A stretch of DNA of 64,000 bases, from IMG/VR virus record IMGVR_UViG_3300042389_001675; one strand, given 5' to 3'. The notes beneath the pieces are model-generated. The model worked only from the letters and a program-made list of their open reading frames with translations. It was not told where the DNA came from and did not search any database. How positions within the stretch are numbered: position 1 is the first letter of the stretch; every line of letters begins with the position of its first letter. The translations under genes and the position numbers were made by a program. This DNA is from an uncultured virus (IMG/VR IMGVR_UViG_3300042389_001675) (lineage: Duplodnaviria; Heunggongvirae; Uroviricota; Caudoviricetes). Positions 12,421-21,686 of this stretch are shown piece by piece.

Positions 12421-12893
12421 GGCGTAGTTGTACAAACTCCCCCAGGACAAACAGTCATTTGCCGTTTAAACAAACCACGACGTACCGGTAGTTGGTAATG
12501 ATAGTGCAGTACTTCCGGTTCTGCGGGCAGGATTTCCGGTTCCGGCATTTCAGGGGTTGGTTCGGCTGTCACAGGTTTAGGCGTGGTCTGTTGCAACACG
12601 GCATCCAGCGTACGCTCTATCCGCTGCAGCTGCTGGGTTTGCGTGTTAAGCGCCTGCAGGGTTTCCTTTTGTCCTGCCTCGGTGATCGACTGGAGTGCGG
12701 CTTCAAACCGGTCCAGGGTCGCTGGAGTCAGTGCCGGGGGTTCTTGCGCCGCTACCGGCAGATTTGTGTTAAACCGGGATTCCAGCGCCATCGCCGCAAG
12801 AATGCTCAGGGCCACACCACAAAGTTTCAGCGGCAAATTTAATACCTGTTTGCCGACGTTACGCTTTTCGCTTTTAGGCTTAATTCTCAGCAC
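12417..12893 (-). CDS. Membrane-anchored/secreted coiled-coil protein with Pro-Glu linker and C-terminal CPGGVC
   Basis: Basic N-terminus, hydrophobic LCGVALSILAAMAL, helical Q-rich core, RRGLFKR..CPGGVC tail. Confidence 0.6.
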   Translation of the reverse strand: MLRIKPKSEKRNVGKQVLNLPLKLCGVALSILAAMALESRFNTNLPVAAQEPPALTPATLDRFEAALQSITEAGQKETLQALNTQTQQLQRIERTLDAVLQQTTPKPVTAEPTPEMPEPEILPAEPEVLHYHYQLPVRRGLFKRQMTVCPGGVCTTTP

Positions 12894-13701
12894 CAGGTTT
12901 CTCCTTGAGCTTGTAATAGGGTGAATTGTGATACCAGTCCACCGGCTTGGCTTCCGTGTCCCCGGTCAGGCCAATGGCTGCGGTAAAACTGTGATTAAGC
13001 ATCTGCGCCCAGGCCGCCGGTGTGATCAGATACAGCCCGTCGCCCCAGGAATTAAATGCCCTCAGGTTACCGTCACGGTCATATCCCAGCACGCACATTG
13101 CATGCCCGCCGCCAGTCCAGCCTGGCTGGTATTGGCGAACGACGCGATCCCGCGGAATCATGCCGTTATACCACTTAACCCCAAAGGAAATGGTGCCGCC
13201 ACCACCAATAAAATCCAAAGTTTTGTCGTGATCCCGTGGAACTTGCCAAATCTTTGCAGCCACAAACGGTTTGGCGGCGGTGTAGTTGGCTTTACTCAGA
13301 ATCTGATCACGGGCTGAACGCCCCGGATAACCGGAAGGATAACCGGTCGCTGATTCCAGACAACAGCCGTACTGGGTAGCAAGTTTTCCACCGCCCGAGA
13401 TTGTAGAGCCAGCATCCGAACCCAGTAAACCGTCAATCGCCTGCGTTGCTAGATAGGCAAAGATTCGCGAAAGCTGTACAGCTTCGCCACGGATAAACGC
13501 CAGCCGCTCCAGGGCGGAGCTTAAACCGTTACCCTGACAACTGCCAATGGCACCCTGGTTTTCCGTGCGGTGCCAGTCCACGTCAATCTCGTTGGGTCGA
13601 CTGAAAGCTTGCCAGGCCTGGGTTGTCAAAGGCAGTTCCGGCAAATTTCGAATATAACTGAAGTTTTCCTTTTCCCAGTTATATGATTGAATCTCGCTCA
13701 T
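12880..13701 (-). CDS. Papain-like (C1 family) cysteine peptidase
   Basis: NQGAIGSC (oxyanion Gln, catalytic Cys), GGHAMCVLGYD (His), FNSWG (Asn). Confidence 0.92.
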   Translation of the reverse strand: MSEIQSYNWEKENFSYIRNLPELPLTTQAWQAFSRPNEIDVDWHRTENQGAIGSCQGNGLSSALERLAFIRGEAVQLSRIFAYLATQAIDGLLGSDAGSTISGGGKLATQYGCCLESATGYPSGYPGRSARDQILSKANYTAAKPFVAAKIWQVPRDHDKTLDFIGGGGTISFGVKWYNGMIPRDRVVRQYQPGWTGGGHAMCVLGYDRDGNLRAFNSWGDGLYLITPAAWAQMLNHSFTAAIGLTGDTEAKPVDWYHNSPYYKLKEKPGAEN

Positions 13702-14054
13702 TTGGCATAACTCCGCAGCAATTGCTCGTGCGCTTCCTTGGTCCAGCCGCCATTTTTGTTAAACAAGTCCTGCTCGCTTTTGGCCAGATCTTCAAAAGCA
13801 ATACGCCGGGCAGGCTCCTGGCCTTTCGCCAGAAAATCCCAGACTTGCTGTTCGGTCTTCAGCTCGCCGTTTGCCAGTTTCGTGGCGGCGTCTGCCGCCA
13901 GTTTACGCCAAAGCTGCTCATAGGTAACGAAGGCCTTGGCTGGTAAATCTCGCGGGACTTCCGGCGTCGGTGGCGGCGTCACACCGGCCTGAGGCCAAAG
14001 CAGGATCAGCAAGCCCAGTACACCGCAGACAAAACCGATGGAGCGTGACTTCAC
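13698..14054 (-). CDS. N-terminally anchored membrane protein with Pro-rich linker
   Basis: Start at GTG 14054 (GGGAG RBS); IGFVCGVLGLLILLW then PPPTPEVP. Confidence 0.7.
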   Translation of the reverse strand: MKSRSIGFVCGVLGLLILLWPQAGVTPPPTPEVPRDLPAKAFVTYEQLWRKLAADAATKLANGELKTEQQVWDFLAKGQEPARRIAFEDLAKSEQDLFNKNGGWTKEAHEQLLRSYAK

Positions 14055-14055
14055 C

Positions 14056-14424
14056 TTAATCTCCCTTCGAATCTGCCTGGCGTGCCAGTTTGGCTTCGGC
14101 CAGCGCAACTTCCGCTTCGGTCATTTCAGACTTTGCGTATTCCCACCAAACTTCCGGCCCGGCGTTAGGTGCCGCCGTTTCGATAATGTTGAGATGATCG
14201 GCAAAACCTTTTGGCGGCGGCATGTCGCTGCTGCGGTCCACATCCCGTCGCTTGTACTCTACTTTGGCTTTTTCTTCCGCGACGGTAATTGAAGACATCA
14301 ACCTGTTTCCTGGTAGCGTTGGCCAAAGAAACCAAACCAGGCCGATGCCAAACAGCCCGAAGCCGAATAAAAATTTCAGGCCAGTACCGATTGTTCCTAA
14401 ATCCAAAGTCACTTCGGCAATCAT
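14056..14424 (-). CDS. Small membrane protein
   Basis: 122 aa; TM segment FLFGFGLFGIGLVWFLW. Confidence 0.7.
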   Translation of the reverse strand: MIAEVTLDLGTIGTGLKFLFGFGLFGIGLVWFLWPTLPGNRLMSSITVAEEKAKVEYKRRDVDRSSDMPPPKGFADHLNIIETAAPNAGPEVWWEYAKSEMTEAEVALAEAKLARQADSKGD

Positions 14425-15338
14425 TTGACTGGTTCCTCGCAGGTAACAATCAGGCGTTGGCCTGGATGTAACTTCACCGTCAGCGCGTCTCCGGTGCCCA
14501 TCGTATGTTTCATCGCCTGAGGTGTTGTGTTTGGTCCGTAAATCTTCTGGATTCGCGGAATATCGTCGTCCACCTGCGGCACGGCAATAAACGGATTGTA
14601 ATACGGAGCCATGAGCGCACTGTTACGCTTTGAATGACCTAGCCCCAGTAAGTGGCCAAATTCATGGGCCGCGGTATTTAGCAGTAGAATCCCGCGATCC
14701 TGTGGTTGCCCTACCCAGGTCTCGTCCAGGTCAAACCGCATCGTCAGTTGCTGATCGGTGCCGGTAGGCATGTAAGCCCAGGCCAGCGTACCGCCGCGGC
14801 CGTCAAAATTATGCACAGGACCGCGTCCGGTCGTGATGATAATATCGGCTTTCTTGGCCACCTTGGTTTGTGCGATGTTTAATCCGCAGACATTATCCCA
14901 GGCAAGAAATGCGGTCTGGAAAATCCGCTCTTGTTCGAGTTTTGATAGCTTGCCGGGTACATGCTGCGCAATGAAGTAAGTTAGTCCCTGTTTGTTCCAC
15001 CGATTACGCTTGGCTGCAGTGACCTCCTGCGCCCGTAAAAACTGGACGTGCGCGGCATTACCCTTATCAATGTGGTCAGGACAACCGCAACGAGGTTCCC
15101 GCATCGCGCGCAACGTGGGAGAATCCAGTTCTCCGGTGATTTTCAACCCAAACGTACGCTGAAAGGCGCGTACCGCTTTAGCTAGTTCGTCTTCAGTCAC
15201 GTCCTGCAGTACGGCAGTGGAGACGTAACCGAAATACTGCAGGTACTCCACCGCAAACTTGACGTCTTGCTTGGCTGTCGCAGTCTGTGCCGTTTTTGCC
15301 AAGATTCGAATCGCCTCGCCATATCCTTTGGCTGACAC
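14421..15338 (-). CDS. Matrixin (M10A, MMP-like) zinc metalloprotease with PGBD-like prodomain and cysteine switch
   Basis: YLQYFGY..FQRTFGLKITGELD..PRCGCPD; FDGRGGTLAWA; HEFGHLLGLGH; Met-turn ALMAPY. Confidence 0.95.
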   Translation of the reverse strand: MSAKGYGEAIRILAKTAQTATAKQDVKFAVEYLQYFGYVSTAVLQDVTEDELAKAVRAFQRTFGLKITGELDSPTLRAMREPRCGCPDHIDKGNAAHVQFLRAQEVTAAKRNRWNKQGLTYFIAQHVPGKLSKLEQERIFQTAFLAWDNVCGLNIAQTKVAKKADIIITTGRGPVHNFDGRGGTLAWAYMPTGTDQQLTMRFDLDETWVGQPQDRGILLLNTAAHEFGHLLGLGHSKRNSALMAPYYNPFIAVPQVDDDIPRIQKIYGPNTTPQAMKHTMGTGDALTVKLHPGQRLIVTCEEPVK

Positions 15339-15352
15339 GGGCTAACCTCCTG

Positions 15353-17008
15353 TTAATTTGCCGTCGGGATTGAAGAGACAACTGCAACCGAAACATCAGC
15401 AACTTCGGCAAAAAATTGTACGGTTTTTGCTGTCACCATCTTGGCCGGTTGTTCTCGAATCACCAACGAGTCAGAATCTCGAATATATTGTACTGTACCG
15501 TCCGGATTTCGAATACGACCCAACAAATCCAGCGACGTAACGCTCAATTCTCCGTTCAAATAGTTGTGTACCGCGTCAATAATCCGCGATCCGTCCAGCC
15601 GACCGATAAAATCAGTCTGGTTAATCACGCTCACAATTGTGTTTTTGATGCTGGCAATATTAGGCTCCGCATCCCCGCTGGTTTTATTGATGGTCAGCGT
15701 TACCTGCACGAAACAGGGAACCGGGGCTTTAATCAACGCATCGGCGCCGTAGTTACGCACGTCACGACTACTGACTAACGCCTGAATTTCACGAATCCAG
15801 GGTGTGCCGGTGATCTCGTAAACGTAACTTGCCGTCTGCCCGACGACCGGATTCACGGTGAGCGTGTCAATAAAACGGACGGTGGCAGTCTGGAATGCCG
15901 AATAGGCGCCCTCCATGACATTGGCAATATCAGGTAAAAATCCCGGGCCAGTCAGGTCATTGAAGCGTTCATCCAGAATGATTTCAAATCCGGAATTTAA
16001 ATTGGCGTCAGTCGGTCGACGGATTTTTGTGACTTCATAAAAACCGGGAAACACGTTTCTACCCAGCGAAAATTGCCAGGTACTACCGCCCGCACTTACC
16101 GCGACACACGTGGCGGTGGCGGTGTAAGTGATCCGCTGCAGCGGTTCTTGTCCGCGAATATACCAGTCAACACGCCCGCCAAACTTTACCGGAAAAATCG
16201 TGTGCTGATCCCGCAGCATTTCGGTATCGCCGTACCCTACAATTGACTGGTTGGTTACAGACGCAAATTCTTCCAGCGAGCGCAGATACGCCCGCATGTT
16301 TACACGGTTGGATAACGCTTTGGCTGCAATACCCAGTTGCAGCTCGTTCAGCAGTTCTGCATTGGATTCGGTGTTGGCCCCGGCTGAAAAACTGGAAGTG
16401 GCGTAGCTGGTCACGTAGTTAGTAATAGTTCGCACGGGCACAATCAGATCACCGGCGTTCAGCTTGTAGCTTGCGCCAATTTCCGCGGCCTCGACTTCAA
16501 TTGTAAACGCCCAGTTTCCGTTACTGAGCTGCGTCAGTAGCCGATCGGTGGGGCTGGAAAGCTGTGCCGCTGACGTACGTGCGGTGTACGTATCCGTAGC
16601 CGTGTAGGTCTTACCGGAAGCCTGAAACGTGAAGCCCAGAGGAATGGTCACCGAACGTGCCGCAGTCAACTCGATTGTCACTGGCCCAATGGCTTTTGTG
16701 CCAAGTTTGCGTGTAATCCCCCAGTTAGACAGTACCTCATCCACCACTGTCGCATCGGCTAACGTCGGGTCTGCCTGAATCTGCTGCAGGCTGCGTGCCG
16801 ACTGGTATCTTTCCAGATTTGTGCGCAGCGCAGTCTCGAGGATTGAGTGATAATACGCCAGCGTGTCCTTAAACACACCACGCTTCAAATCAAGTTCCGG
16901 ATGGGCTTCCTGCAGTTGTGCCGTGACACGCGCCAGAATTTGCTGAACCTCGTCCGAATCCAGCGTGGTCAAGCCGGGAAGTTCAAAATTTGCAACGGTT
17001 AACGCCAT
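15353..17008 (-). CDS. Baseplate J-like (gp6-like) wedge protein
   Basis: 551 aa; WGITRKLGTKAIGPV, IPLGFTF, VEAAEIGASYKL, GANTESNAEL, GRVDWYI follow the Baseplate_J pattern. Confidence 0.85.
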   Translation of the reverse strand: MALTVANFELPGLTTLDSDEVQQILARVTAQLQEAHPELDLKRGVFKDTLAYYHSILETALRTNLERYQSARSLQQIQADPTLADATVVDEVLSNWGITRKLGTKAIGPVTIELTAARSVTIPLGFTFQASGKTYTATDTYTARTSAAQLSSPTDRLLTQLSNGNWAFTIEVEAAEIGASYKLNAGDLIVPVRTITNYVTSYATSSFSAGANTESNAELLNELQLGIAAKALSNRVNMRAYLRSLEEFASVTNQSIVGYGDTEMLRDQHTIFPVKFGGRVDWYIRGQEPLQRITYTATATCVAVSAGGSTWQFSLGRNVFPGFYEVTKIRRPTDANLNSGFEIILDERFNDLTGPGFLPDIANVMEGAYSAFQTATVRFIDTLTVNPVVGQTASYVYEITGTPWIREIQALVSSRDVRNYGADALIKAPVPCFVQVTLTINKTSGDAEPNIASIKNTIVSVINQTDFIGRLDGSRIIDAVHNYLNGELSVTSLDLLGRIRNPDGTVQYIRDSDSLVIREQPAKMVTAKTVQFFAEVADVSVAVVSSIPTAN

Positions 17009-17017
17009 GACTGTGCC

Positions 17018-17506
17018 TCAAATTGCGGTGATGCGGAGCGGGTATACGACAGTGCGATCAGTCCCGGCTGCGCTTAAAATCTGGATTTTTAGATAGGCTT
17101 GATCCCCGGTCAAACTGGCGGAGACCAGCGTGGCTGACTGGTAGCGTTCATCGGCAGGATCGGTCGCAACGTCTTCTTCCAGACGAAGGTTAGTACGCAG
17201 CGTGACCTCTGCCAAATTAAACGCTTGAAACAGATCTTGCGACGTACGAATCATGCCGGAGCGGATTTGCGTAATGAACGTCGTACCGCGACCCGTATCG
17301 TATTCCAACGAGCCCTGCTCCGTGAGCAATTCCAGTAAAACCCGCTGGACAAGTTTTTGAATGCCGGTGATCAAGGCGCCCGATTGCCCAGGCAAAACAA
17401 TGGCTTGCGTCAACAAGGCTTCACCGGTGGCCTTGGCGTCATCAAATGCCAGGTAGTCAACCGTTCGCCCGACATAGGCGGTGACCGGAGCAGACAGCTG
17501 ACTCAT
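17018..17506 (-). CDS. gp25/gpW-like baseplate protein
   Basis: ITGIQKLVQRVLLELLTEQGS..GT and ERY motifs; directly upstream of baseplate J. Confidence 0.8.
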   Translation of the reverse strand: MSQLSAPVTAYVGRTVDYLAFDDAKATGEALLTQAIVLPGQSGALITGIQKLVQRVLLELLTEQGSLEYDTGRGTTFITQIRSGMIRTSQDLFQAFNLAEVTLRTNLRLEEDVATDPADERYQSATLVSASLTGDQAYLKIQILSAAGTDRTVVYPLRITAI

Positions 17507-17970
17507 ACCGAACCTCCCGAGCCGTCAGAACTCTGGTTAATCAGCGACGTAAAGTAGCGTAACGCCTGCCCGAGGAACACGCCATTGGCCTGGCCGTGAC
17601 CTTTTTCGCGGGTGGATAAGTGGGCCAGCATACGAGGAAAGCTTTGTGTGGTACGCGCGCGATAGGCGCGTTCGGCCTGGGCCATGTAGTCGATCTGCAG
17701 CGGCAGTACGATCCCGTCGCCCGAATTACCGGGGCTGCCGGGATTAAAGGCATCCTTGAGTCGCGATTCCGCTTCGTCGGTATTGAAGGCTTTGTGAATG
17801 TTAATCAGATCTGTCAGCGTCTGCAGCGAACCGTTCCACTCGGCCAGCGGAGGCCGCATCCAGGGAACAGACTTGTTATCGGTGCGGTCGCTGAAATTTT
17901 CTTGCTTATGCTTGGCAAACGCCTCCAGCACACGCTGCAAATTTGGATCGATGATCGCTTTCTGGCCCAT
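17503..17970 (-). CDS. Hypothetical protein
   Basis: 155-aa ORF tightly packed in the operon. Confidence 0.7.
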   Translation of the reverse strand: MGQKAIIDPNLQRVLEAFAKHKQENFSDRTDNKSVPWMRPPLAEWNGSLQTLTDLINIHKAFNTDEAESRLKDAFNPGSPGNSGDGIVLPLQIDYMAQAERAYRARTTQSFPRMLAHLSTREKGHGQANGVFLGQALRYFTSLINQSSDGSGGSV

Positions 17971-17973
17971 GAA

Positions 17974-18708
17974 TTACCCCGCAATGAAAGGAGAAAGCTC
18001 GTATTCCTGGTCGAGCAGCTGCTGAATCTTGATTTTTCGCTGGGTAATTGCCCCGGGCGATCTTCCCAGCTTCTGCGCAATTTCGGCATTTGAATGCTTT
18101 TTATTGCCAAACATCCCCAGGGTCAGTTCCATGATCCGCTGATCCACCGGCCCCAAATCCTGGTGCACCACCTGCGCCCAAAGATCAGCGGCTTCGTTCC
18201 GCCCCGGCAACCGCCCGGCGGCGCCGCCTGCCAGCGGATCAGCGGTTTCTAACTGTCCCGAGCTCATACCGGGCTGATAGGATCGAATTTTACTGAGTCT
18301 TGCCGGAGTAACGCCCAGGCGATCGGATAGCTCCAGATCAGACGGGTCTCGCCCCAGCTCGTCACTCAGTTCCTGCTGGTACTGCTTCAAGCGTTGGCTT
18401 TCCAGCAGAATCCGCTCCGGCACCCGCAGCACCTGGTGTTGCTGCTGATTGATCCGCCTTAACCCCTGCATGTGCGTCAGGAGATGTGACTGCAGGCGGG
18501 AACGCGACGGATCGTACTTACGCATGGCATCCAGTGCGACCAGCTTGGCGCGGCTGGCGGCCAGTGGACTATTCCCGCCATACATTTGCACGCCTTTTTG
18601 CACCACCGGATCGATCGCCTGCAGAAAGGCTGCATTCCCGGCAGGACTTTGGTCTTTCTGCCATGACTCGTAGGCCGGACGGTAGTTATCTTCGAGGTAG
18701 CTGTTCAT
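17974..18708 (-). CDS. RNA polymerase sigma-70 family factor (group 3, FliA/SigF-like)
   Basis: Region 2 DAMRKYDPSRS; LRVP; region 3 ELGRDPSDLELSDRLG; region 4 HTH SNAEIAQKLGRSPGAITQ. Confidence 0.9.
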   Translation of the reverse strand: MNSYLEDNYRPAYESWQKDQSPAGNAAFLQAIDPVVQKGVQMYGGNSPLAASRAKLVALDAMRKYDPSRSRLQSHLLTHMQGLRRINQQQHQVLRVPERILLESQRLKQYQQELSDELGRDPSDLELSDRLGVTPARLSKIRSYQPGMSSGQLETADPLAGGAAGRLPGRNEAADLWAQVVHQDLGPVDQRIMELTLGMFGNKKHSNAEIAQKLGRSPGAITQRKIKIQQLLDQEYELSPFIAG

Positions 18709-20414
18709 TATTTTCTGGGGGGTAAGGACAATCCGGGAACCAGCGGCGCATAGGTAAAGTAAGCACCGCCAAAAAAGGGATGACGCTCCAGCGAAAATCG
18801 ATCGTTGTCGTTTTCTCGGACGCTACGCAAATTTGTCACGCCCAGCGTGGTCACCGCGGACGATTGTTCAGCATTGATCATGACGGTTACCGAGTTGACA
18901 AAACCGCACAGCGACTGACTTAACTTGTCCACGCCACCAGAGATCAATTCGCCCTGGTTCTTTATCATTATGGTCGTTCCCGGCGCAATATCGAACCTCA
19001 GCTTGCCGGTAATTGTGCCGTCCCGCCCGCGTAAAGCGTTTGAGGCATAAACACTCTGGGCATAGCGATACATCACCTTGTTCCAGTCGTCAATTTCCTG
19101 CCCGGGATCACGATCAACCTTGGCGTCACCCACGCCGACGTTGTCGTGAGAAACCTGACCCAGCAGCACGTTAATATCCGCGTCGCCCGTCAGCGAACTT
19201 GGGTCATAGTTCATCCAGTCGTCCATCCACTGCGGTGCATTTACGAACATCCACATACCGTCGTTAAATGGCTGATTGTTGTTGGCTTTAGCCACAAATG
19301 CCGCTCCGGTACAGAGCTTGGGCGTGCTGTTGTTGACGGTACCCATTTGATAATTGCCGATTACACCCACCCCGTAAAGCGGACGCTTGGACTGCATGGA
19401 CATATCAAAATCGGTATATTCATCCGGATAAATTGTCATCGCATAGATGCGTGCAATCGGCAGTATCGGCGCCAGGATTGCCGTTTGTGCCAGAGGGATG
19501 ATGCCGCAGCCAAAGTCGTCCAGTACCGTGCCAAGCAGCATACCCCACATACTTGTAGACGCCATGGAAGCGGCCATCTGATCACCCACGTACTTGGCGA
19601 TTTTTTCGTAGCCGGAGGAGTGGGCAATCAGCGGATATTTTTCAACGTATTTTGCCGCCACTCCCTCCACGTAGTTGGCGATGCCCAGCCAGTCTCCCGA
19701 ACCTTCAATCACTTTGGCGGCCTGCTTGTTCTCTTCCCGCTTGCTGATGGGACCGCTCGGCAAACAGGTGCTTTCACTTTCATGCGTCTGTAGCCGGTTT
19801 TCCTGGGACACGTAATAAAACGCGTTCAAAATACCTTTGCTGAAGTCAGTTTTTAAATCGTCGGGCAGTGTATCCACAAATTTGGTGTCCGCACTACCGA
19901 CATTCTCCGCGCCGGGTCCGGTGGCCAGGGTACTAAGCATAAAATCGGCAGGCGTTCCTGGAACCACGTCTTTACTGCCGCCGGACGACATCGCCAGGTC
20001 TGCCAGGCGATTAACCATGTTAATAACCAGTGCGACTCGCCCGTTAGAGCGGCGATAACTCAGTCCACCTACGTAACCGGTAAAAATGACATGGTCGCCA
20101 CGAGGGAACTGTAAAGGTTTACCGTTGGCTCCGGCCGCAACATAGTCACCCAGTGCTCCGGTTAAATACACCGTCACCGGTGCCATCTGCTTGATTTCAC
20201 CACTTAACTCGTAAATCGGTGAAAGTTTGTTGGTATAGACATTCCGCCCCATGGCTACCAGGGCTGCGGCCTGCGGGATCGAATTGAGTTCGTAGGTCAT
20301 GGTGAACTGTGACACGGGCACTTCCACCCCAGCGATCACCACACGCAGAGACGCACCGCCGTTTTGTACGCCGGAAAGATTGACGTTTGCCCAGTAGTTG
20401 GCTTTATTCGCCAT
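18708..20414 (-). CDS. Putative baseplate hub (gp27/gpD-like)
   Basis: 568 aa; VPVSQFTMTYELNSIPQA, IFTGYV, GTITGKLRFDIAPGTTI, GFVNSVT; downstream of the tape measure. Confidence 0.65.
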   Translation of the reverse strand: MANKANYWANVNLSGVQNGGASLRVVIAGVEVPVSQFTMTYELNSIPQAAALVAMGRNVYTNKLSPIYELSGEIKQMAPVTVYLTGALGDYVAAGANGKPLQFPRGDHVIFTGYVGGLSYRRSNGRVALVINMVNRLADLAMSSGGSKDVVPGTPADFMLSTLATGPGAENVGSADTKFVDTLPDDLKTDFSKGILNAFYYVSQENRLQTHESESTCLPSGPISKREENKQAAKVIEGSGDWLGIANYVEGVAAKYVEKYPLIAHSSGYEKIAKYVGDQMAASMASTSMWGMLLGTVLDDFGCGIIPLAQTAILAPILPIARIYAMTIYPDEYTDFDMSMQSKRPLYGVGVIGNYQMGTVNNSTPKLCTGAAFVAKANNNQPFNDGMWMFVNAPQWMDDWMNYDPSSLTGDADINVLLGQVSHDNVGVGDAKVDRDPGQEIDDWNKVMYRYAQSVYASNALRGRDGTITGKLRFDIAPGTTIMIKNQGELISGGVDKLSQSLCGFVNSVTVMINAEQSSAVTTLGVTNLRSVRENDNDRFSLERHPFFGGAYFTYAPLVPGLSLPPRK

Positions 20415-21186
20415 TGCGGACCTCCTCGCTGCGGTAAACCAGCGCCAGTACCAAACCGCCTAAGCGATACGCATATTCCGGATGACTTTCCCAGCAGTTA
20501 CGAAACGTGCGATACGGTTCGACATCATCCACACCAAACAGCGCGATCAGCGTCGATTCCCCAATTGATCGCACGCTAGTGGTGATATCGGCTAAAGCCG
20601 CCTGGGGTCGCAACCAGCCACGCACCGACCAGCGGGCGGCGGACGTCGAGTTGACACGCACCTGATACCCCGAAAACGGCAAGGCTATTGGTTGGCTAAG
20701 CTGATTGGTCAGCGTAATTAAGGTGGTTACAGAAGTTGCCGGGAATTGCGTGCGTTCGACGGTTAAACTGCCGGAGGCCAGCGTCAGATTGTAGGCATAC
20801 TGGGATTGGCCGGACGCGTCCGGTGCCGCCGGTGTGCCGGTAATCGTAAGCTGGGTCGTGCCGCTAAACTGGCTGATGTGCGGCACATAGGTCTGCGGGT
20901 CAGACAGGCGGATATCCGGTTTACCGTAAGTCAGTCGTGGATCCAGCGCCAGCACATGTGACTGCAATTCAGTGGCAGCAATAATTTCCAACAGCTGCGC
21001 AACCCGGTAGTTGAGAAACGCCCGGTCGGGTTCTGCCCCAAACAGCCGCATGCGAATCAAGTCCAGGGCACCCGGTAATACCAGCTTGCGGTAGTCCGCC
21101 GGAATCAGTTCATCACCAGGTAGATCTAGAAAGTATCCGGCGCTGCCGTCCAGATTCATCAACAGTGTGCGGGCATGGTTATACAT
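20404..21186 (-). CDS. Hypothetical tail/baseplate protein
   Basis: 260-aa ORF with GAGG RBS. Confidence 0.6.
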   Translation of the reverse strand: MYNHARTLLMNLDGSAGYFLDLPGDELIPADYRKLVLPGALDLIRMRLFGAEPDRAFLNYRVAQLLEIIAATELQSHVLALDPRLTYGKPDIRLSDPQTYVPHISQFSGTTQLTITGTPAAPDASGQSQYAYNLTLASGSLTVERTQFPATSVTTLITLTNQLSQPIALPFSGYQVRVNSTSAARWSVRGWLRPQAALADITTSVRSIGESTLIALFGVDDVEPYRTFRNCWESHPEYAYRLGGLVLALVYRSEEVRNGE

Positions 21187-21193
21187 GGCGTCC

Positions 21194-21676
21194 TCAATTG
21201 ATCGCGTTAGGCAGCAACGACACTGTCATCTGGTACTGGATTGTGCGGTGTACGGGATCTTGCACATCGGATGTCAACGCAGTCAAAAATCCCTGGAACG
21301 CTTTACCGCCGCCGATACTGGCCGTAATCGGAAACGGTGAGTAGGCGATACGGTTGGCCTGATACCATTCAAACAGGTAATCAAAGCCGTGTCGACTATT
21401 GCCGGTAAAGCAATCCTGCGCGAAGCTGATGCCGTGAATGACTACCTGCCCCATCCGGTCGCCAAAGACGTAGACGTAAACGTCATTGCCGATAGTGTGC
21501 AGAAATTGATAGTTACCGGCGGCAGACAAACCGACACGCGTAATGATCGATTTGTATTGACCGTAGTTGAGTTGGCCACCGACGCCGCTGACTGAGCAGA
21601 GCGATACCGATCCGGCGGCTACGGCGTCCGGAATGACTGATACCCTGCCCGTGTTACCCAAGAAGAGAATAGGCAT
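21194..21676 (-). CDS. Putative tube-initiator/distal tail protein
   Basis: Start ATG 21676 (AAGGA RBS); YVYVFGDRMGQVVIHG; immediately after the tape measure. Confidence 0.55.
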   Translation of the reverse strand: MPILFLGNTGRVSVIPDAVAAGSVSLCSVSGVGGQLNYGQYKSIITRVGLSAAGNYQFLHTIGNDVYVYVFGDRMGQVVIHGISFAQDCFTGNSRHGFDYLFEWYQANRIAYSPFPITASIGGGKAFQGFLTALTSDVQDPVHRTIQYQMTVSLLPNAIN

Positions 21677-21686
21677 TGCGTATCCT

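Noticed and set aside
12880..15338. Eukaryotic or giant-virus origin suggested by MMP, papain and collagen
   Set aside because: Shine-Dalgarno sites, overlapping operonic genes, a sigma factor and a contractile tail indicate a bacteriophage.
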